Virus record (IMG/VR): IMGVR_UViG_3300022555_000013
Strand: one strand, 5' to 3'
Length of the DNA stretch: 64,000 bases
Origin: an uncultured virus (IMG/VR IMGVR_UViG_3300022555_000013)
Taxonomy: Duplodnaviria > Heunggongvirae > Uroviricota > Caudoviricetes
Shown here: one piece after another, positions 1 to 9,031 of the stretch
Position numbering within the stretch: the stretch's first letter is position 1
Layout: each line of letters begins with the position of its first letter
Made by a program: the position numbers and the translations under genes
The notes under the pieces: generated by a model
What the model saw: only the letters and a program-made list of their open reading frames with translations
What the model was told of the DNA's origin: nothing
The model's database searches: none

Positions 1-922
1 ATCCACGAGAATAATTAGTTTTTATCAAAAACCCATCTTTTTCTAAAATTGATTTAATTTCATCTGAAATGTTAATGTCTTTAATATAAACACTACTAAA
101 TCCCGCTTTACTTGTTTTAGTTATTGTATCATAAATTAGTTCAATTTCAGATTCTTTCTGAAAATCGGTTTTTATTTTAGAATTTTCCACATTTAACCTT
201 GCACCTGTCGCTGATATTCGTTTGTTATTTTTTACTTCTACCCCAAAATATTCACGCTGAACTTTAGTAAATGGTGATTTTTCCTGTTCCAAAACAGTAC
301 CGTTATATTTGAAGATATTTTCGTTTGGACATTCAAAATTATCACAGAACAATTCAATATCGTTTAATTGTGTTAATTGTCTATTACAATCAGGACAAAT
401 TGGTGGTTCAATAGAAACCTTATTTTCACCGATTGGATGTTCAATTACATATTTAATTCGTCTAACTATGGCGTTGGTATTAGGAAATCCGTTTCGTTTG
501 ATATCCCAATTTTCAATTTCCCATTTTAATTCTTTTTCGACCAATTTCCAATCAATTCCACCGATATTAACATTTTTAAATTCTGATTGGTGTTTTAACC
601 AATCAACAAATGAATCGGATGTTTGAATTACCGTCTTACTATAATATTCCGTCCAACGCCTGTTCAATTCTTTCCAATTAACTGATGTGTCCACTGGTGT
701 ATCAAACATATTTTTGATAATATATTGCTGGTCACAGTTTTTACAAGAAATATATAAATCCTTATCATTTGGTGACATCATTTCACTTAAACGGTGAGCA
801 ATAAATTTATGTTCACAAAATGTTTTCGGGTGTTTATTGTATATTTTCGATAAAATCAATTTCCACCAACTATATTTCATTAAATTGGTTGATGCCTCCG
901 TAACTGCGTAATATGTTTTCAT
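1..922 (-). CDS. Hypothetical protein with Cys motifs, cut by the window edge (>307 aa); occupies the slot downstream of IS607 tnpA
   Basis: Translated by hand from ATG at 922 (MKTYYAVTEASTNLMKYSWW...) with no stop to base 1. Contains CKNC and CPDC-x13-CDNFEC. Not in the ORF track. Confidence 0.75.
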   Translation of the reverse strand, partial: MKTYYAVTEASTNLMKYSWWKLILSKIYNKHPKTFCEHKFIAHRLSEMMSPNDKDLYISCKNCDQQYIIKNMFDTPVDTSVNWKELNRRWTEYYSKTVIQTSDSFVDWLKHQSEFKNVNIGGIDWKLVEKELKWEIENWDIKRNGFPNTNAIVRRIKYVIEHPIGENKVSIEPPICPDCNRQLTQLNDIELFCDNFECPNENIFKYNGTVLEQEKSPFTKVQREYFGVEVKNNKRISATGARLNVENSKIKTDFQKESEIELIYDTITKTSKAGFSSVYIKDINISDEIKSILEKDGFLIKTNYSRG

Positions 923-951
923 ATCTTTTATTTTTTAATGAATATACAACA

Positions 952-1605
952 TTATATTGGTTTTTCCAAATTTTGTTGTTGTTCTTTTAATTTTTGTTCT
1001 TTAATTTCTTTCTTTCGTTTAACACTTCTTTTTCCATAGAGTTTCCCTGAGAACGAAGCCATCAACATCATAATATCATTAACGAATTCTTCTTCATTTG
1101 ATATGTTATTATTTTCCACACATTCAATTTCCACATCATAACTTTCAAAAAATATTTTAATCAGATTGAACTGAAATCGTGTTAAACGGTCTTTATTCTC
1201 AATTATAACCTTGTTTATTTTCTTTTTAATAACCAAGTCCACCATCTTAACGAAACCCGTTCTTGTATCAGATAAACCACTACCAACATCTTTTATGATG
1301 TGGTGAACAACATATTTTTTCTTGGCACAGTATTCAGACAATCGTTGTGATTGTCTATCCAAATCACCTTTGGTTTTTTGTTCGTGTGAACTGACACGAC
1401 TGTAAGTTACAACTATGTTAGTTATTTTTTCTTCAACACCTGTTTCACCGACAAACTTGTTCACATCATCTTCACGGTAACGCCTGTGACCACCTACTGT
1501 TTTAACTGGTATGATATTGATACCTTTCTTATCCCATTCTCGTAATGTGTTTTGGGATACATTTAAAATTCGTGATGTTTGTTCAATGGTCAGTAGTTTA
1601 CTCAT
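952..1605 (-). CDS. tnpA: IS607-family transposase (MerR-like HTH plus serine recombinase)
   Basis: N-terminal LTIEQTSRILNVSQNTLREWD...KTVGGHRRY; catalytic YSRVSSHEQ; DVGSGL; ENKDRLTRF; MASFSGKLYGKRS. Confidence 0.93.
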   Translation of the reverse strand: MSKLLTIEQTSRILNVSQNTLREWDKKGINIIPVKTVGGHRRYREDDVNKFVGETGVEEKITNIVVTYSRVSSHEQKTKGDLDRQSQRLSEYCAKKKYVVHHIIKDVGSGLSDTRTGFVKMVDLVIKKKINKVIIENKDRLTRFQFNLIKIFFESYDVEIECVENNNISNEEEFVNDIMMLMASFSGKLYGKRSVKRKKEIKEQKLKEQQQNLEKPI

Positions 1606-1792
1606 TTGTTTGTTCAAGTATTTTTAGGATGGTTTCTTTGGAAGAATCCAAAATCTTCTGGAACTCTTCGACAGAAACATCTTCATCTACATCCAATTCA
1701 AATGGAATTGGGTAGACATCACCATTATCGAGTTCGAATTCGTGTTTATCCACACGCACGACTTTTAACGGGTTATTCTTTAAATTTTCCAT
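1598..1792 (-). CDS. Small acidic protein overlapping the tnpA start, inside the IS end
   Basis: MENLKNNPLKVVRVDKHEFELDNGDVYPIP... Its stop overlaps the tnpA start, and it is preceded by a TATATATA motif. Confidence 0.7.
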   Translation of the reverse strand: MENLKNNPLKVVRVDKHEFELDNGDVYPIPFELDVDEDVSVEEFQKILDSSKETILKILEQTNE

Positions 1793-1849
1793 AATAGTGT
1801 TTCTCTTTTTCATATATATACTTTTATTTTTGTCAAAAACCCGATTTTA

Positions 1850-1920
1850 GTGTTAAATTATAGTTAAATTTTGTTAAATAGTTGTAAATAATGTTAGATT
1901 TTTATTAACAGTTAATTAAC
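1850..1920. repeat. About six degenerate ~10-bp direct repeats (GTTAAAT core), probable TnpA-binding IS end
   Basis: tgttaaatta tagttaaatt ttgttaaata gttgtaaata atgttagatt tttattaaca gttaattaac, spaced at about one helical turn. Confidence 0.7.
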
Positions 1921-2091
1921 CCCTATATTAAATCGTTGAAAACATTTTTCGCAACATAAATTAATTGATCCACCACCACTTGCACCTTCAATCATATTTC
2001 CACCACATGATGGGCATTTATTATCTTCGATGAAACTAATTTCCCAGTTTGTAGCTGACTCACCAACTTTACTTCTTTTTGGGGTTAGCAT
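1912..2091 (-). CDS. Small Zn-ribbon protein (59 aa), probably truncated by the IS607 insertion
   Basis: Hand-translated MLTPKRSKVG...CPSCGGNMIEGASGGGSINLCCEKCFQRFNIGVN*. The stop lies two codons inside the repeat-bearing IS end. Confidence 0.65.
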   Translation of the reverse strand: MLTPKRSKVGESATNWEISFIEDNKCPSCGGNMIEGASGGGSINLCCEKCFQRFNIGVN

Positions 2092-2413
2092 TTATTTTTT
2101 TCATTTTTTTCCTTCGTTCTCGTTTAACATCGACATACTCATTCGGAAAATTATCATAATCCAGAACTGGTTTATCACATGCTGTTCGCATCCATTCGAG
2201 TGTCGTTTTTAAATCAGCAATCGGATCATCAATATCATCATCCTCATAAACCCTTGGATTCATAGATTCTTCAGTACAAGAATCTGGATTATTATTATCA
2301 TCATAAAAAACTTCATACAATCCAAATTCAATTATGGTTGTATCAATTAAATCTTTACCTACTCGTTTTTTAGTCTTGATTCTTTTTGCTAATACTCTGT
2401 GGTTCCAATGCAT
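2069..2413 (-). CDS. Hypothetical protein with C-terminal RxxK[LIM]xx[IL] tag
   Basis: ORF track; ends RRKKMKKINANPKKK. Confidence 0.8.
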   Translation of the reverse strand: MHWNHRVLAKRIKTKKRVGKDLIDTTIIEFGLYEVFYDDNNNPDSCTEESMNPRVYEDDDIDDPIADLKTTLEWMRTACDKPVLDYDNFPNEYVDVKRERRKKMKKINANPKKK

Positions 2414-2519
2414 TTTTTAAATATTTTTCAACATGATAAATAACATCACTTGGTTTAACTACTTCCTTTCTTCTTCAACCTTTTCCTTTGGCATTTGTTC
2501 AAGAATTGTTTTCAATTCT

Positions 2520-2951
2520 TTAATCGATACTGATTTTTTCATATATCTTATTTAGTTTTAATTTTCTGTTTTGTTTAAGAATTTCTGGAAATTGATCGGG
2601 ATGAATTAATCTTCTTGCCCAAGAATTCAAATGATAGTTCCATTGTTTATCTAAAATTGTATATCGATATTGAACAGATTCGGTATTATCATTTATGCCC
2701 CATGGGTCAAAAACTTCTTTAATTTTTTGATTGAAACTATCATATTGGTGTATATCACATTCTTCAATATGCTTATTAATTTGTATTTTAATATGAATTA
2801 ATAAATGTTCAAAAAATTCATCATACAAAAAATAATATTCTTTTCGTAATTCAGGTGAACATAAATGATCCAATTTTAAATTGTACCACCTAAGTAATGG
2901 TTCTCTTTCCTGTGGTGTAATTTCGTATGGAATACTAATTGGCGGAAGCAT
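2520..2951 (-). CDS. Hypothetical protein with C-terminal RxxKLxxI tag
   Basis: ORF track; ends QNRKLKLNKIYEKISID. Confidence 0.8.
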   Translation of the reverse strand: MLPPISIPYEITPQEREPLLRWYNLKLDHLCSPELRKEYYFLYDEFFEHLLIHIKIQINKHIEECDIHQYDSFNQKIKEVFDPWGINDNTESVQYRYTILDKQWNYHLNSWARRLIHPDQFPEILKQNRKLKLNKIYEKISID

Positions 2952-3099
2952 CTTTCTTCAATGTTGGGAATAATTTATAAAATCTCTTCCATGCAGTCTT
3001 TCTACATTTTTTAGGGTATCTAATTCTACCACCGTTATGTAAATTACCAGTTCCAGTATTTCTATATGTTTTATTATCTTGCCGTGGTAATTTTGGCAT
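2935..3099 (-). CDS. Small basic hypothetical protein
   Basis: Likely start MPKLPRQD at 3099; IRYPKKCRKTAWKRFYKLFP; overlaps the next gene. Confidence 0.65.
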   Translation of the reverse strand: MPKLPRQDNKTYRNTGTGNLHNGGRIRYPKKCRKTAWKRFYKLFPTLKKDASAN

Positions 3100-3224
3100 A
3101 GTATTATAATATGAAGAATTATAAAAACTATAAATAAAGAATTCCCTCATGACATACTTTATTTTAATAACTGTTATAATATTAATAGATAATGCTTGAA
3201 ATTAACAATAACTATAATTAATAT

Positions 3225-3401
3225 TTAAGTTAAATCATTTAATACCTTATCACCCCACCACAAATGAAACTGGTAGTGATAATCTACTTTTTTCCTTTTA
3301 AACACGTAGGTAATTGCACTTAAGATAAGACAAGGGTATAATATCAGGGCTGATATACACCAACTAAAAATCCAGACTATAATAGAATATATTGTTTTCA
3401 T
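3225..3401 (-). CDS. Small membrane protein (58 aa)
   Basis: Hand-translated MKTIYSIIVWIFSWCISALILYPCLILSAITYVFKRKK...; preceded by AAACTC-N16-TATAAT. Confidence 0.6.
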   Translation of the reverse strand: MKTIYSIIVWIFSWCISALILYPCLILSAITYVFKRKKVDYHYQFHLWWGDKVLNDLT

Positions 3402-3454
3402 ATTCCATTATAGTCAAAATATATATTAGAGTTTTAGTTTTTAGGGGAATGAAC

Positions 3455-3706
3455 TTAAATAGTTATTACAGATGTAATATTTCTCAATTTTAAATAACTT
3501 TGAATTCGCTCAATTTTATCGAGTTTTACAAGTTCGTTTGTGGAAACTTTGATAAGCTCCCAGTAATATGGCATACCTTTAAAATCATCAATTTTTCGAA
3601 TACAAAAATCATGTTTTTCAACTTCTACCATGATCTTTAATTCCTGTAAAAGTTCACTAACCTTCTTATTTTTTTCGATTAACTGATCCAAGATATTTTC
3701 TATCAT
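3455..3706 (-). CDS. Hypothetical protein
   Basis: ORF track; directly downstream of a TAnnTTTG promoter motif. Confidence 0.7.
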   Translation of the reverse strand: MIENILDQLIEKNKKVSELLQELKIMVEVEKHDFCIRKIDDFKGMPYYWELIKVSTNELVKLDKIERIQSYLKLRNITSVITI

Positions 3707-3731
3707 GCTACAAAGTTTTTAGTTTAGGTGA

Positions 3732-3762
3732 CAAAGATATAAACAATATCCGAATAAAAAAA
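3732..3762 (-). promoter_or_regulatory. Bacteroidota-type promoter (TAnnTTTG -7 element with upstream T-tract)
   Basis: Minus strand reads TTTTTTATTCGGATATTGTTTATATCTTTG, ending 26 nt before the ATG at 3706. Confidence 0.7.
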
Positions 3763-3770
3763 GATTGGAA

Positions 3771-4358
3771 TTATTTTCTGTTAAATTGTGCCTGAAGTCT
3801 TTCACGAACCTCTTCAATGTTTGTACCATCATATCGTACAACATTCGGATGCTTGAAATCTTTGTTGTGTTCATGTGCTGGCATGATCACCAAACCCCTT
3901 GGTCTGTGTTTCAACCAAGCTTGAATATACTCTGGAAAATCATCAACCAGCACCCAGCCATAAACTAATCCTTTATCATTGGTGATGGTTACGCCATTAA
4001 TATACTCCTTCATATTTTTATGGCACCATTCGACTTTTTCAGACCAAGCTGAAAATTTTCTGGATGGGCCTTTTGTGAGCACAACTATTTTGAATCCAAC
4101 TTTCTTCAATTCCACAAGAACATCAAACCCAAGCTTAAATTTTTTCAATTTAAGCCACCAACCAACCTGTGACGTGATCATGTGTCTACGGGCTTCTAAA
4201 TAGCCTCCACCCTTATAAATATCACCGCTGTTAATTGGCGGCTCATTTGGTGATGCAATTTTCTGGAGGTCTATTTCTAACTGACCATCATAATCGGCAC
4301 ATGTACCATCCAAATCTACTAAAGCAACTTTTTCGATTTCGGCTATTTTTTCAATCAT
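3771..4358 (-). CDS. HAD-superfamily 5'(3')-deoxyribonucleotidase (NT5C-like)
   Basis: Motif I ALVDLDGTCADY, motif II VLTKGP, and KGLVYGWVLVDDFP. Confidence 0.85.
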   Translation of the reverse strand: MIEKIAEIEKVALVDLDGTCADYDGQLEIDLQKIASPNEPPINSGDIYKGGGYLEARRHMITSQVGWWLKLKKFKLGFDVLVELKKVGFKIVVLTKGPSRKFSAWSEKVEWCHKNMKEYINGVTITNDKGLVYGWVLVDDFPEYIQAWLKHRPRGLVIMPAHEHNKDFKHPNVVRYDGTNIEEVRERLQAQFNRK

Positions 4359-4942
4359 AAGTCAAATCTATTGGAAAGTTTAAATTTATCATATTCTGTC
4401 ATACATATTTTTTGAGTTAAAAATCTGATATCTGAAAGTTTGAAGCACAAAAAAGCATCGCCTTCATATGCCCCAAGCGAAATAAGAAATGACTTTATGT
4501 CTTTAAATATTACATCAGAAACATCATCAGCACAATCATCGACAAAAAGGCACATTTCATTATCGTTAACGCCATTTAAATAAAATTCAAAATTACAAAT
4601 TTTTTTATATAATGTCTCATTATTAATTATTATCTTTTTTTCAAAAAAAATGAGCCTTATCCATTTAGATTCGATATGAGCATCAACATTTGGGTGAGCA
4701 ACTGAAAGATAATCTTCATCGGCATCAACAAGCTGGCAAATAAAATTGAATAACGATTTTATAAAATTGTAATATAATTTTTCTGTGATTCTTTTGATTG
4801 GTTTAATATTCATATATGGTCTCTTCCATTCATCTTCAAATCTTCGCTTCTGCTCTTCTACAGACAATACAGAATTTATACTTTTGGCTGAGCTTATAGA
4901 ATTTTTTATTCTATCATTTTCTTTTTTAGAATATTTTTTCAT
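4355..4942 (-). CDS. Hypothetical protein with C-terminal RFDL tag
   Basis: Ends EYDKFKLSNRFDL; ATGA overlaps at both ends. Confidence 0.8.
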   Translation of the reverse strand: MKKYSKKENDRIKNSISSAKSINSVLSVEEQKRRFEDEWKRPYMNIKPIKRITEKLYYNFIKSLFNFICQLVDADEDYLSVAHPNVDAHIESKWIRLIFFEKKIIINNETLYKKICNFEFYLNGVNDNEMCLFVDDCADDVSDVIFKDIKSFLISLGAYEGDAFLCFKLSDIRFLTQKICMTEYDKFKLSNRFDL

Positions 4943-5190
4943 AAGTCAAATTTTTTAAAATTTCTATTTTTTTCGTATTCGAGATTACTTTCCTTAAAAT
5001 GCTCACGCTTAAAATAACTTAATGCGCCTATTGATGTTCTTACATAATATGGTGCATTTGAAAACGTGGCATTGTTTCCATTTGGAAAAATTCTTAAAAC
5101 TTCAGTCTGCTCAATTTTATCATCATTGAACGCTGTCGCCAATCCAACCTTTATACCATTTAATTCCTGTACGGTTTTATATTTTTTCAT
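4939..5190 (-). CDS. Hypothetical protein with MKKYKTVQE leader and C-terminal KFDL tag
   Basis: Ends EYEKNRNFKKFDL. Confidence 0.8.
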   Translation of the reverse strand: MKKYKTVQELNGIKVGLATAFNDDKIEQTEVLRIFPNGNNATFSNAPYYVRTSIGALSYFKREHFKESNLEYEKNRNFKKFDL

Positions 5191-5262
5191 TTCAAAGAAT
5201 TTTCAAGATACTCAATAACATGCCCTGACCATTTAATATTATTTCGCTCATAATTTAACACT

Positions 5263-6018
5263 TTATTCAAAAATTGCAAAAATTTCTTCTTTCGATTTGG
5301 CATTATACACTTTCTGTTTTTGTTCTATAGTAAGCGAATCAATAAAATCAACCCATTTACTTTCCAATTCGGTCAGCACTTTATAATACTCCCGTCTGTT
5401 TGATGTTCTCCGTACTTGACCTGATTCAAGAAGTGGTTTCATCCAACGTATTATATTCGTTTTACTCTTTTCATTTAATATCTGGCTAAGATCATCGAGT
5501 GTCAATACGTATTTTATGTTAATTAAATCCAACAAAAATTCAGGACTATATTTTGGTTTTCTCCACTCCTTTGGGCTACGCCTTGGTTTAAATTCCTTTT
5601 CCTTTTTTGGTTTAATTCTTTTCTCCATTTTTTTAGCATCCCTATATTTATTTACCTTATCAGTATTGTTTTTAACCCAATCACTATGGTATGAAGAATT
5701 TTTTTCCGTCCATTTTTTATGATAATTCGGATTTATAAAAAGCCTATATTTTCTTTGATACTCTTTCTGATAATCTTCCGTATTTTTCGAAGGTGGGGCA
5801 ATTATAATATTTGGGGTAATATAATCATGGTAAAATCTTTCACATTTTTTATCATAAGCCCATATTTTATGCTCCGTGATAGATTCACGCAGCATTCTGG
5901 TTAACATATTTTTTGAAATTTTAAAAATTTTAACTAACTCATTATCAGATACCAATTGTTTTAACTTAATAGTGTTGATGATTTCTGATACAATGCTGAT
6001 ATTTTCTGATTTTAGCAT
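5263..6018 (-). CDS. Putative DNA-binding protein (HTH-like segments)
   Basis: Basic protein; LTLDDLSQILNEKSKTNIIRWMKPLLESGQV resembles a winged HTH. Confidence 0.5.
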   Translation of the reverse strand: MLKSENISIVSEIINTIKLKQLVSDNELVKIFKISKNMLTRMLRESITEHKIWAYDKKCERFYHDYITPNIIIAPPSKNTEDYQKEYQRKYRLFINPNYHKKWTEKNSSYHSDWVKNNTDKVNKYRDAKKMEKRIKPKKEKEFKPRRSPKEWRKPKYSPEFLLDLINIKYVLTLDDLSQILNEKSKTNIIRWMKPLLESGQVRRTSNRREYYKVLTELESKWVDFIDSLTIEQKQKVYNAKSKEEIFAIFE

Positions 6019-6046
6019 AATTTTAAAGATTTAGTAATCAACGGCA

Positions 6047-6078
6047 CAAATATATAAACAATTTATGAGAAAAAAAAA
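6047..6078 (-). promoter_or_regulatory. Bacteroidota-type promoter (TATATTTG)
   Basis: Minus strand TTTTTTTCTCATAAATTGTTTATATATTTG; nearly identical to the copies at 18181-18211 and 24693-24724. Confidence 0.7.
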
Positions 6079-6105
6079 TAAATTATAAAAAAAAAATTAA
6101 AAAGT

Positions 6106-6137
6106 AAAAAAAAAGCCAGCACGTTGCTGGCTTTTTT
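6106..6137. terminator. Intrinsic terminator (bidirectional shape)
   Basis: A-tract, GCCAGCA-cgt-TGCTGGC stem-loop, T-tract, after the gene at 6162-6602. Confidence 0.85.
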
Positions 6138-6161
6138 CAATTCACATGTAAAACACTTTCT

Positions 6162-6602
6162 TTACTTCTTCGCTGGTGCGGCAGTCTTTGTAGGTGTTGC
6201 CGTTTTCTCCTTATATCGCTTGTCGGGTGTACCATCCTTTTTTACAGGTGTCGCAGTGGCGGTAACAGGGGTAGTTGTTTTATTCTCCTTGTATCGCTTA
6301 TCTGGTGTGCCATCATTTTTCATGGGGGTAGTGGGGGTAGCGTTTTTCGTGGGTGTAGTAGCATTAATAGCAGCATGCGAAGCGTGAGCAGCGGCAGATG
6401 AACGATTTTCATCAGCCTTTACGGGTACTTGAGTCGCATGAGCGGGGGTCGTTGCGGGTGAAGTTACAGTAGTTGCAGCGGGTGCAACAGCAGTTTTGGT
6501 TGTTTGTGTTGCCTTCATTCCATTATGGGTGTCATTTGTCTGTGCAAACGAGCCAAAGGCGAAGAACATCAGAATTCCGAATAACAATGCAATCTTTTTC
6601 AT
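6162..6602 (-). CDS. Secreted Thr/Pro/Ala-rich protein with two K[KN]DGTPDKRYKE repeats
   Basis: Sec signal peptide MKKIALLFGILMFFAFGSFA|Q; MKNDGTPDKRYKE and VKKDGTPDKRYKE; own TATCTTTG promoter at 6657-6664 and own terminator. Confidence 0.8.
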   Translation of the reverse strand: MKKIALLFGILMFFAFGSFAQTNDTHNGMKATQTTKTAVAPAATTVTSPATTPAHATQVPVKADENRSSAAAHASHAAINATTPTKNATPTTPMKNDGTPDKRYKENKTTTPVTATATPVKKDGTPDKRYKEKTATPTKTAAPAKK

Positions 6603-6614
6603 AGGTTTAAAATT

Positions 6615-6890
6615 TTAGTTAATAATGATTGAATAATACTTTGTTAATTGAGAGTGCAAAGATATAAATAGTTTTTGGATAAAAAAAATTAAGTTTACAT
6701 AAAAATTAAACTTTCGTGTTTTAAAATTTATTCCGCTCACATTATCAAACATACCATTGGAAACTCTTTTCATAAGGTCAACCCTTTCATCAAGTTGAGC
6801 TAATAGATCAACCACATTTGGAAATTTGAATAAGTGACAACCAAACTCATTAGGATCATTAATTTTAAAATCTTCTTTATGTGTTTCCAT
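6615..6890 (-). CDS. Hypothetical protein
   Basis: ORF track. Its 3' part runs through the promoter of the next gene, so it may be truncated. Confidence 0.45.
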   Translation of the reverse strand: METHKEDFKINDPNEFGCHLFKFPNVVDLLAQLDERVDLMKRVSNGMFDNVSGINFKTRKFNFYVNLIFFIQKLFISLHSQLTKYYSIIIN

Positions 6891-7284
6891 TTTCCTTGGA
6901 ATTTATTTTTTTAAGTTTCTTATTTCTTGATTTTTTATATTTTTCAAAATACTCATTAAGACCCGATGTCATATCTGGACCAGTTAAAATAAAATGAGCA
7001 TCTGATAATATTTCAGTCAATGCCCTTACTTGATCATTCACCCAAAAAACCCACGAATCTTCTTCTTGATTAGTTGTACCCTTAGGTAACCTATCAATTC
7101 TTTTTAGATAATTTTCTATACTCTTTAAATATTGTATCCAGTCGGGTAGGACGTAATATTTTTTATCACCGTTTGTATACGCTTGGGATTCTTCTACAAT
7201 ATCTTCCAGATCATGAGAATTATACTTTTCTAATAATTTAAAATGTTCTTCTGTGATAAGAACAACTAAAGATTTCTTTGCCAT
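6877..7284 (-). CDS. Hypothetical protein with C-terminal RxxKLxxI tag
   Basis: Ends KSRNKKLKKINSKENGNT. Confidence 0.8.
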   Translation of the reverse strand: MAKKSLVVLITEEHFKLLEKYNSHDLEDIVEESQAYTNGDKKYYVLPDWIQYLKSIENYLKRIDRLPKGTTNQEEDSWVFWVNDQVRALTEILSDAHFILTGPDMTSGLNEYFEKYKKSRNKKLKKINSKENGNT

Positions 7285-7291
7285 ATTATTA

Positions 7292-7615
7292 CTATTTTTT
7301 TATATTATCAATAGCTTTCAAATACTGATCTTTTGATAAATATTGATCAACACTTTTATACCAATCTTCATATTTACACTCACCATTTTCTGGATATATA
7401 AAATCTATACCCCTATAAATAACTTCAATCTCATCCCCGTCTGGAACAACCCCTGCACGATATTTATAGACATAAACTTCACCGTCATAACTACAATCAT
7501 CATAATTAGTTTTTATATATCTAACCCATGCGCCTTCGAAATCGGATCGGGCGTTTTTGTTAACTTTAAATCCATATTCCGCCATTGCGGTTTTTAATTT
7601 ATCATTTTTTTCCAT
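7292..7615 (-). CDS. Hypothetical protein
   Basis: ORF track; likely ATG at 7615 overlapping the upstream RHH-like gene. Confidence 0.75.
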   Translation of the reverse strand: MEKNDKLKTAMAEYGFKVNKNARSDFEGAWVRYIKTNYDDCSYDGEVYVYKYRAGVVPDGDEIEVIYRGIDFIYPENGECKYEDWYKSVDQYLSKDQYLKAIDNIKK

Positions 7616-7766
7616 TTTTATCAATATCTTTTTTTATCAAATCCTCAATGTATTGAGATTTTGATAACTTCTTCTCCTCAATAACCTTATCCAGCAACTG
7701 ATCCAGTTCCGTGTTGATCGTGAGTGAAATCGCAACTTTCTTATTTGAAATTTTTGGTCTTCCCAT
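7602..7766 (-). CDS. Small ribbon-helix-helix (CopG/Arc-like) protein, 54 aa
   Basis: Hand-translated MGRPKISNKKVAISLTINTELDQLLDKVIEEKKLSKSQYIEDLIKKDIDKNGKK; near-identical copy at 54753-54908. Confidence 0.8.
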   Translation of the reverse strand: MGRPKISNKKVAISLTINTELDQLLDKVIEEKKLSKSQYIEDLIKKDIDKNGKK

Positions 7767-7856
7767 TTTTTTTTATTTTTATAGATATTTTTTTAAAAAA
7801 AGTTTAAAAATAGCAAAAAACGGCTTTTTTATTTTAATATATACTATTAAAAAGCT

Positions 7857-8018
7857 ATGAAAAAGGTTAAAACTAAGAAGAAGGTTAGTATAACCATGGA
7901 TCAGGATATTCTAAAGTATCTGGAAGATAACTTCGAGAATAAGTCCAAATACGTAGAATACCTCATTTATAAAGATTTGAAGGATGCTGGTGTAGTAAAA
8001 AAAGATATGATATTATGA
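7857..8018 (+). CDS. Small RHH-like protein, 53 aa, coupled to the downstream endonuclease
   Basis: Hand-translated MKKVKTKKKVSITMDQDILKYLEDNFENKSKYVEYLIYKDLKDAGVVKKDMIL; ATGA overlap with the start at 8015. Confidence 0.75.
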   Translation: MKKVKTKKKVSITMDQDILKYLEDNFENKSKYVEYLIYKDLKDAGVVKKDMIL

Positions 8019-9001
8019 ATAAGATTATTTGGACTAAAGAAAAGTTGCAAGAAGAATGTAATAAATATGAAACTGTTGGCGAGTTAAATTCACACAATGG
8101 AAGTGCATACAATGCAGCAAGGCGATTAAATATTATTTACACATTATTTGAAAATCATCCAAATAGTGGGTTTACATACAAGCAAAAGAAAGCTGGATAT
8201 TGGACAATTGAAAGATTACAAGAAGAATGCAATAAATATGAAACTGTTGGAAAATTTCAAAAAGACAGTCCTTCAGCATATAATGCAGTTCGTAAACAAA
8301 ACTTATTTTCAAAATTATTTAAAAATCATAAAAATGGCGGTTATTTATTAAATAAAAAAGGTTTTTGGACAAATAAAATATTACAAATTGAATGTGATAA
8401 ATATAACACAAGAAAAGAATTTAGAGATAAAAATTATCCAGCTTACATCGCAGCAAAGAAACAAAAATTACTTAACGAATTATTTAAAAATCATAAAAAT
8501 AAAGGCTATAGTATAAAAAACGACTGGAAAGATAATCGTCATGTTATATACGTGTATGAAATAACAAATTTTAATAAAGCATATGTTGGTTTAACAAACA
8601 ATATTCAACGAAGAGATCGAGAACATCTATTTAGGGTTGATGAGGTATTGATGAATTTCTGTAAAAAAAATAATTTATCATTACCAAATTACAAAATATT
8701 GGAGGAAAGATTATCACCAATGAAAGCCAAAGAAAGAGAGAATTATTGGTTAGAGTATTATAAAAATAATAATTGGGAAATGTTAAATGTAGCCAGAACT
8801 GGATCACTGGGTGGTAGCATTTCAAAGTGGAATAAACGAAAGTTACAAGTAGAAGCTAATAAATATAAAAATCGGAAAGATTTTAGAACTTATTGTTCTA
8901 ATGGATATGATGCTGCATTGAAAAGAAAATTATTAGACGAATTATTTATAAACCATTGCAATCGAGGTTATACAAGGTTATGCATAATAAAAAAGCTATA
9001 G
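8015..9001 (+). CDS. Free-standing GIY-YIG homing-endonuclease-like protein with repeated DNA-binding modules
   Basis: VIYVYE...AYVGLTNNIQRRDREH...ERENYW...MLNVARTGSLGG; four W[TN]xxxLQxE[CA]xKY repeats. Confidence 0.85.
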   Translation: MNKIIWTKEKLQEECNKYETVGELNSHNGSAYNAARRLNIIYTLFENHPNSGFTYKQKKAGYWTIERLQEECNKYETVGKFQKDSPSAYNAVRKQNLFSKLFKNHKNGGYLLNKKGFWTNKILQIECDKYNTRKEFRDKNYPAYIAAKKQKLLNELFKNHKNKGYSIKNDWKDNRHVIYVYEITNFNKAYVGLTNNIQRRDREHLFRVDEVLMNFCKKNNLSLPNYKILEERLSPMKAKERENYWLEYYKNNNWEMLNVARTGSLGGSISKWNKRKLQVEANKYKNRKDFRTYCSNGYDAALKRKLLDELFINHCNRGYTRLCIIKKL

Positions 9002-9024
9002 TTCGTTCAAAACTATAGCTTTTT
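8989..9024. terminator. Bidirectional intrinsic terminator between the convergent endonuclease and dnaK genes
   Basis: AAAAAGCTATAGTT-loop-AACTATAGCTTTTT. Confidence 0.8.
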
Positions 9025-9031
9025 CACGCTA

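Larger units (their letters stand above)
1..1921 (-). mobile_element. IS607-family element; one end at about 1920, other end not identified in the window
   Basis: Serine-recombinase tnpA, subterminal short direct repeats at 1850-1920, and a G-run junction (minus strand) at 1920-1923 that appears to cut a Zn-ribbon gene. Confidence 0.65.

Noticed and set aside
1..922. Calling the ORF after tnpA a TnpB/Cas12f nuclease
   Set aside because: GIDW and FGVEV only loosely resemble RuvC-I, and the Cys motifs are not in TnpB order or spacing. The ORF is incomplete, so it is left hypothetical.
1850..1920. CRISPR array or replication iterons
   Set aside because: Units are about 10 bp, degenerate and have no spacers; the position at an IS607 end explains them better.
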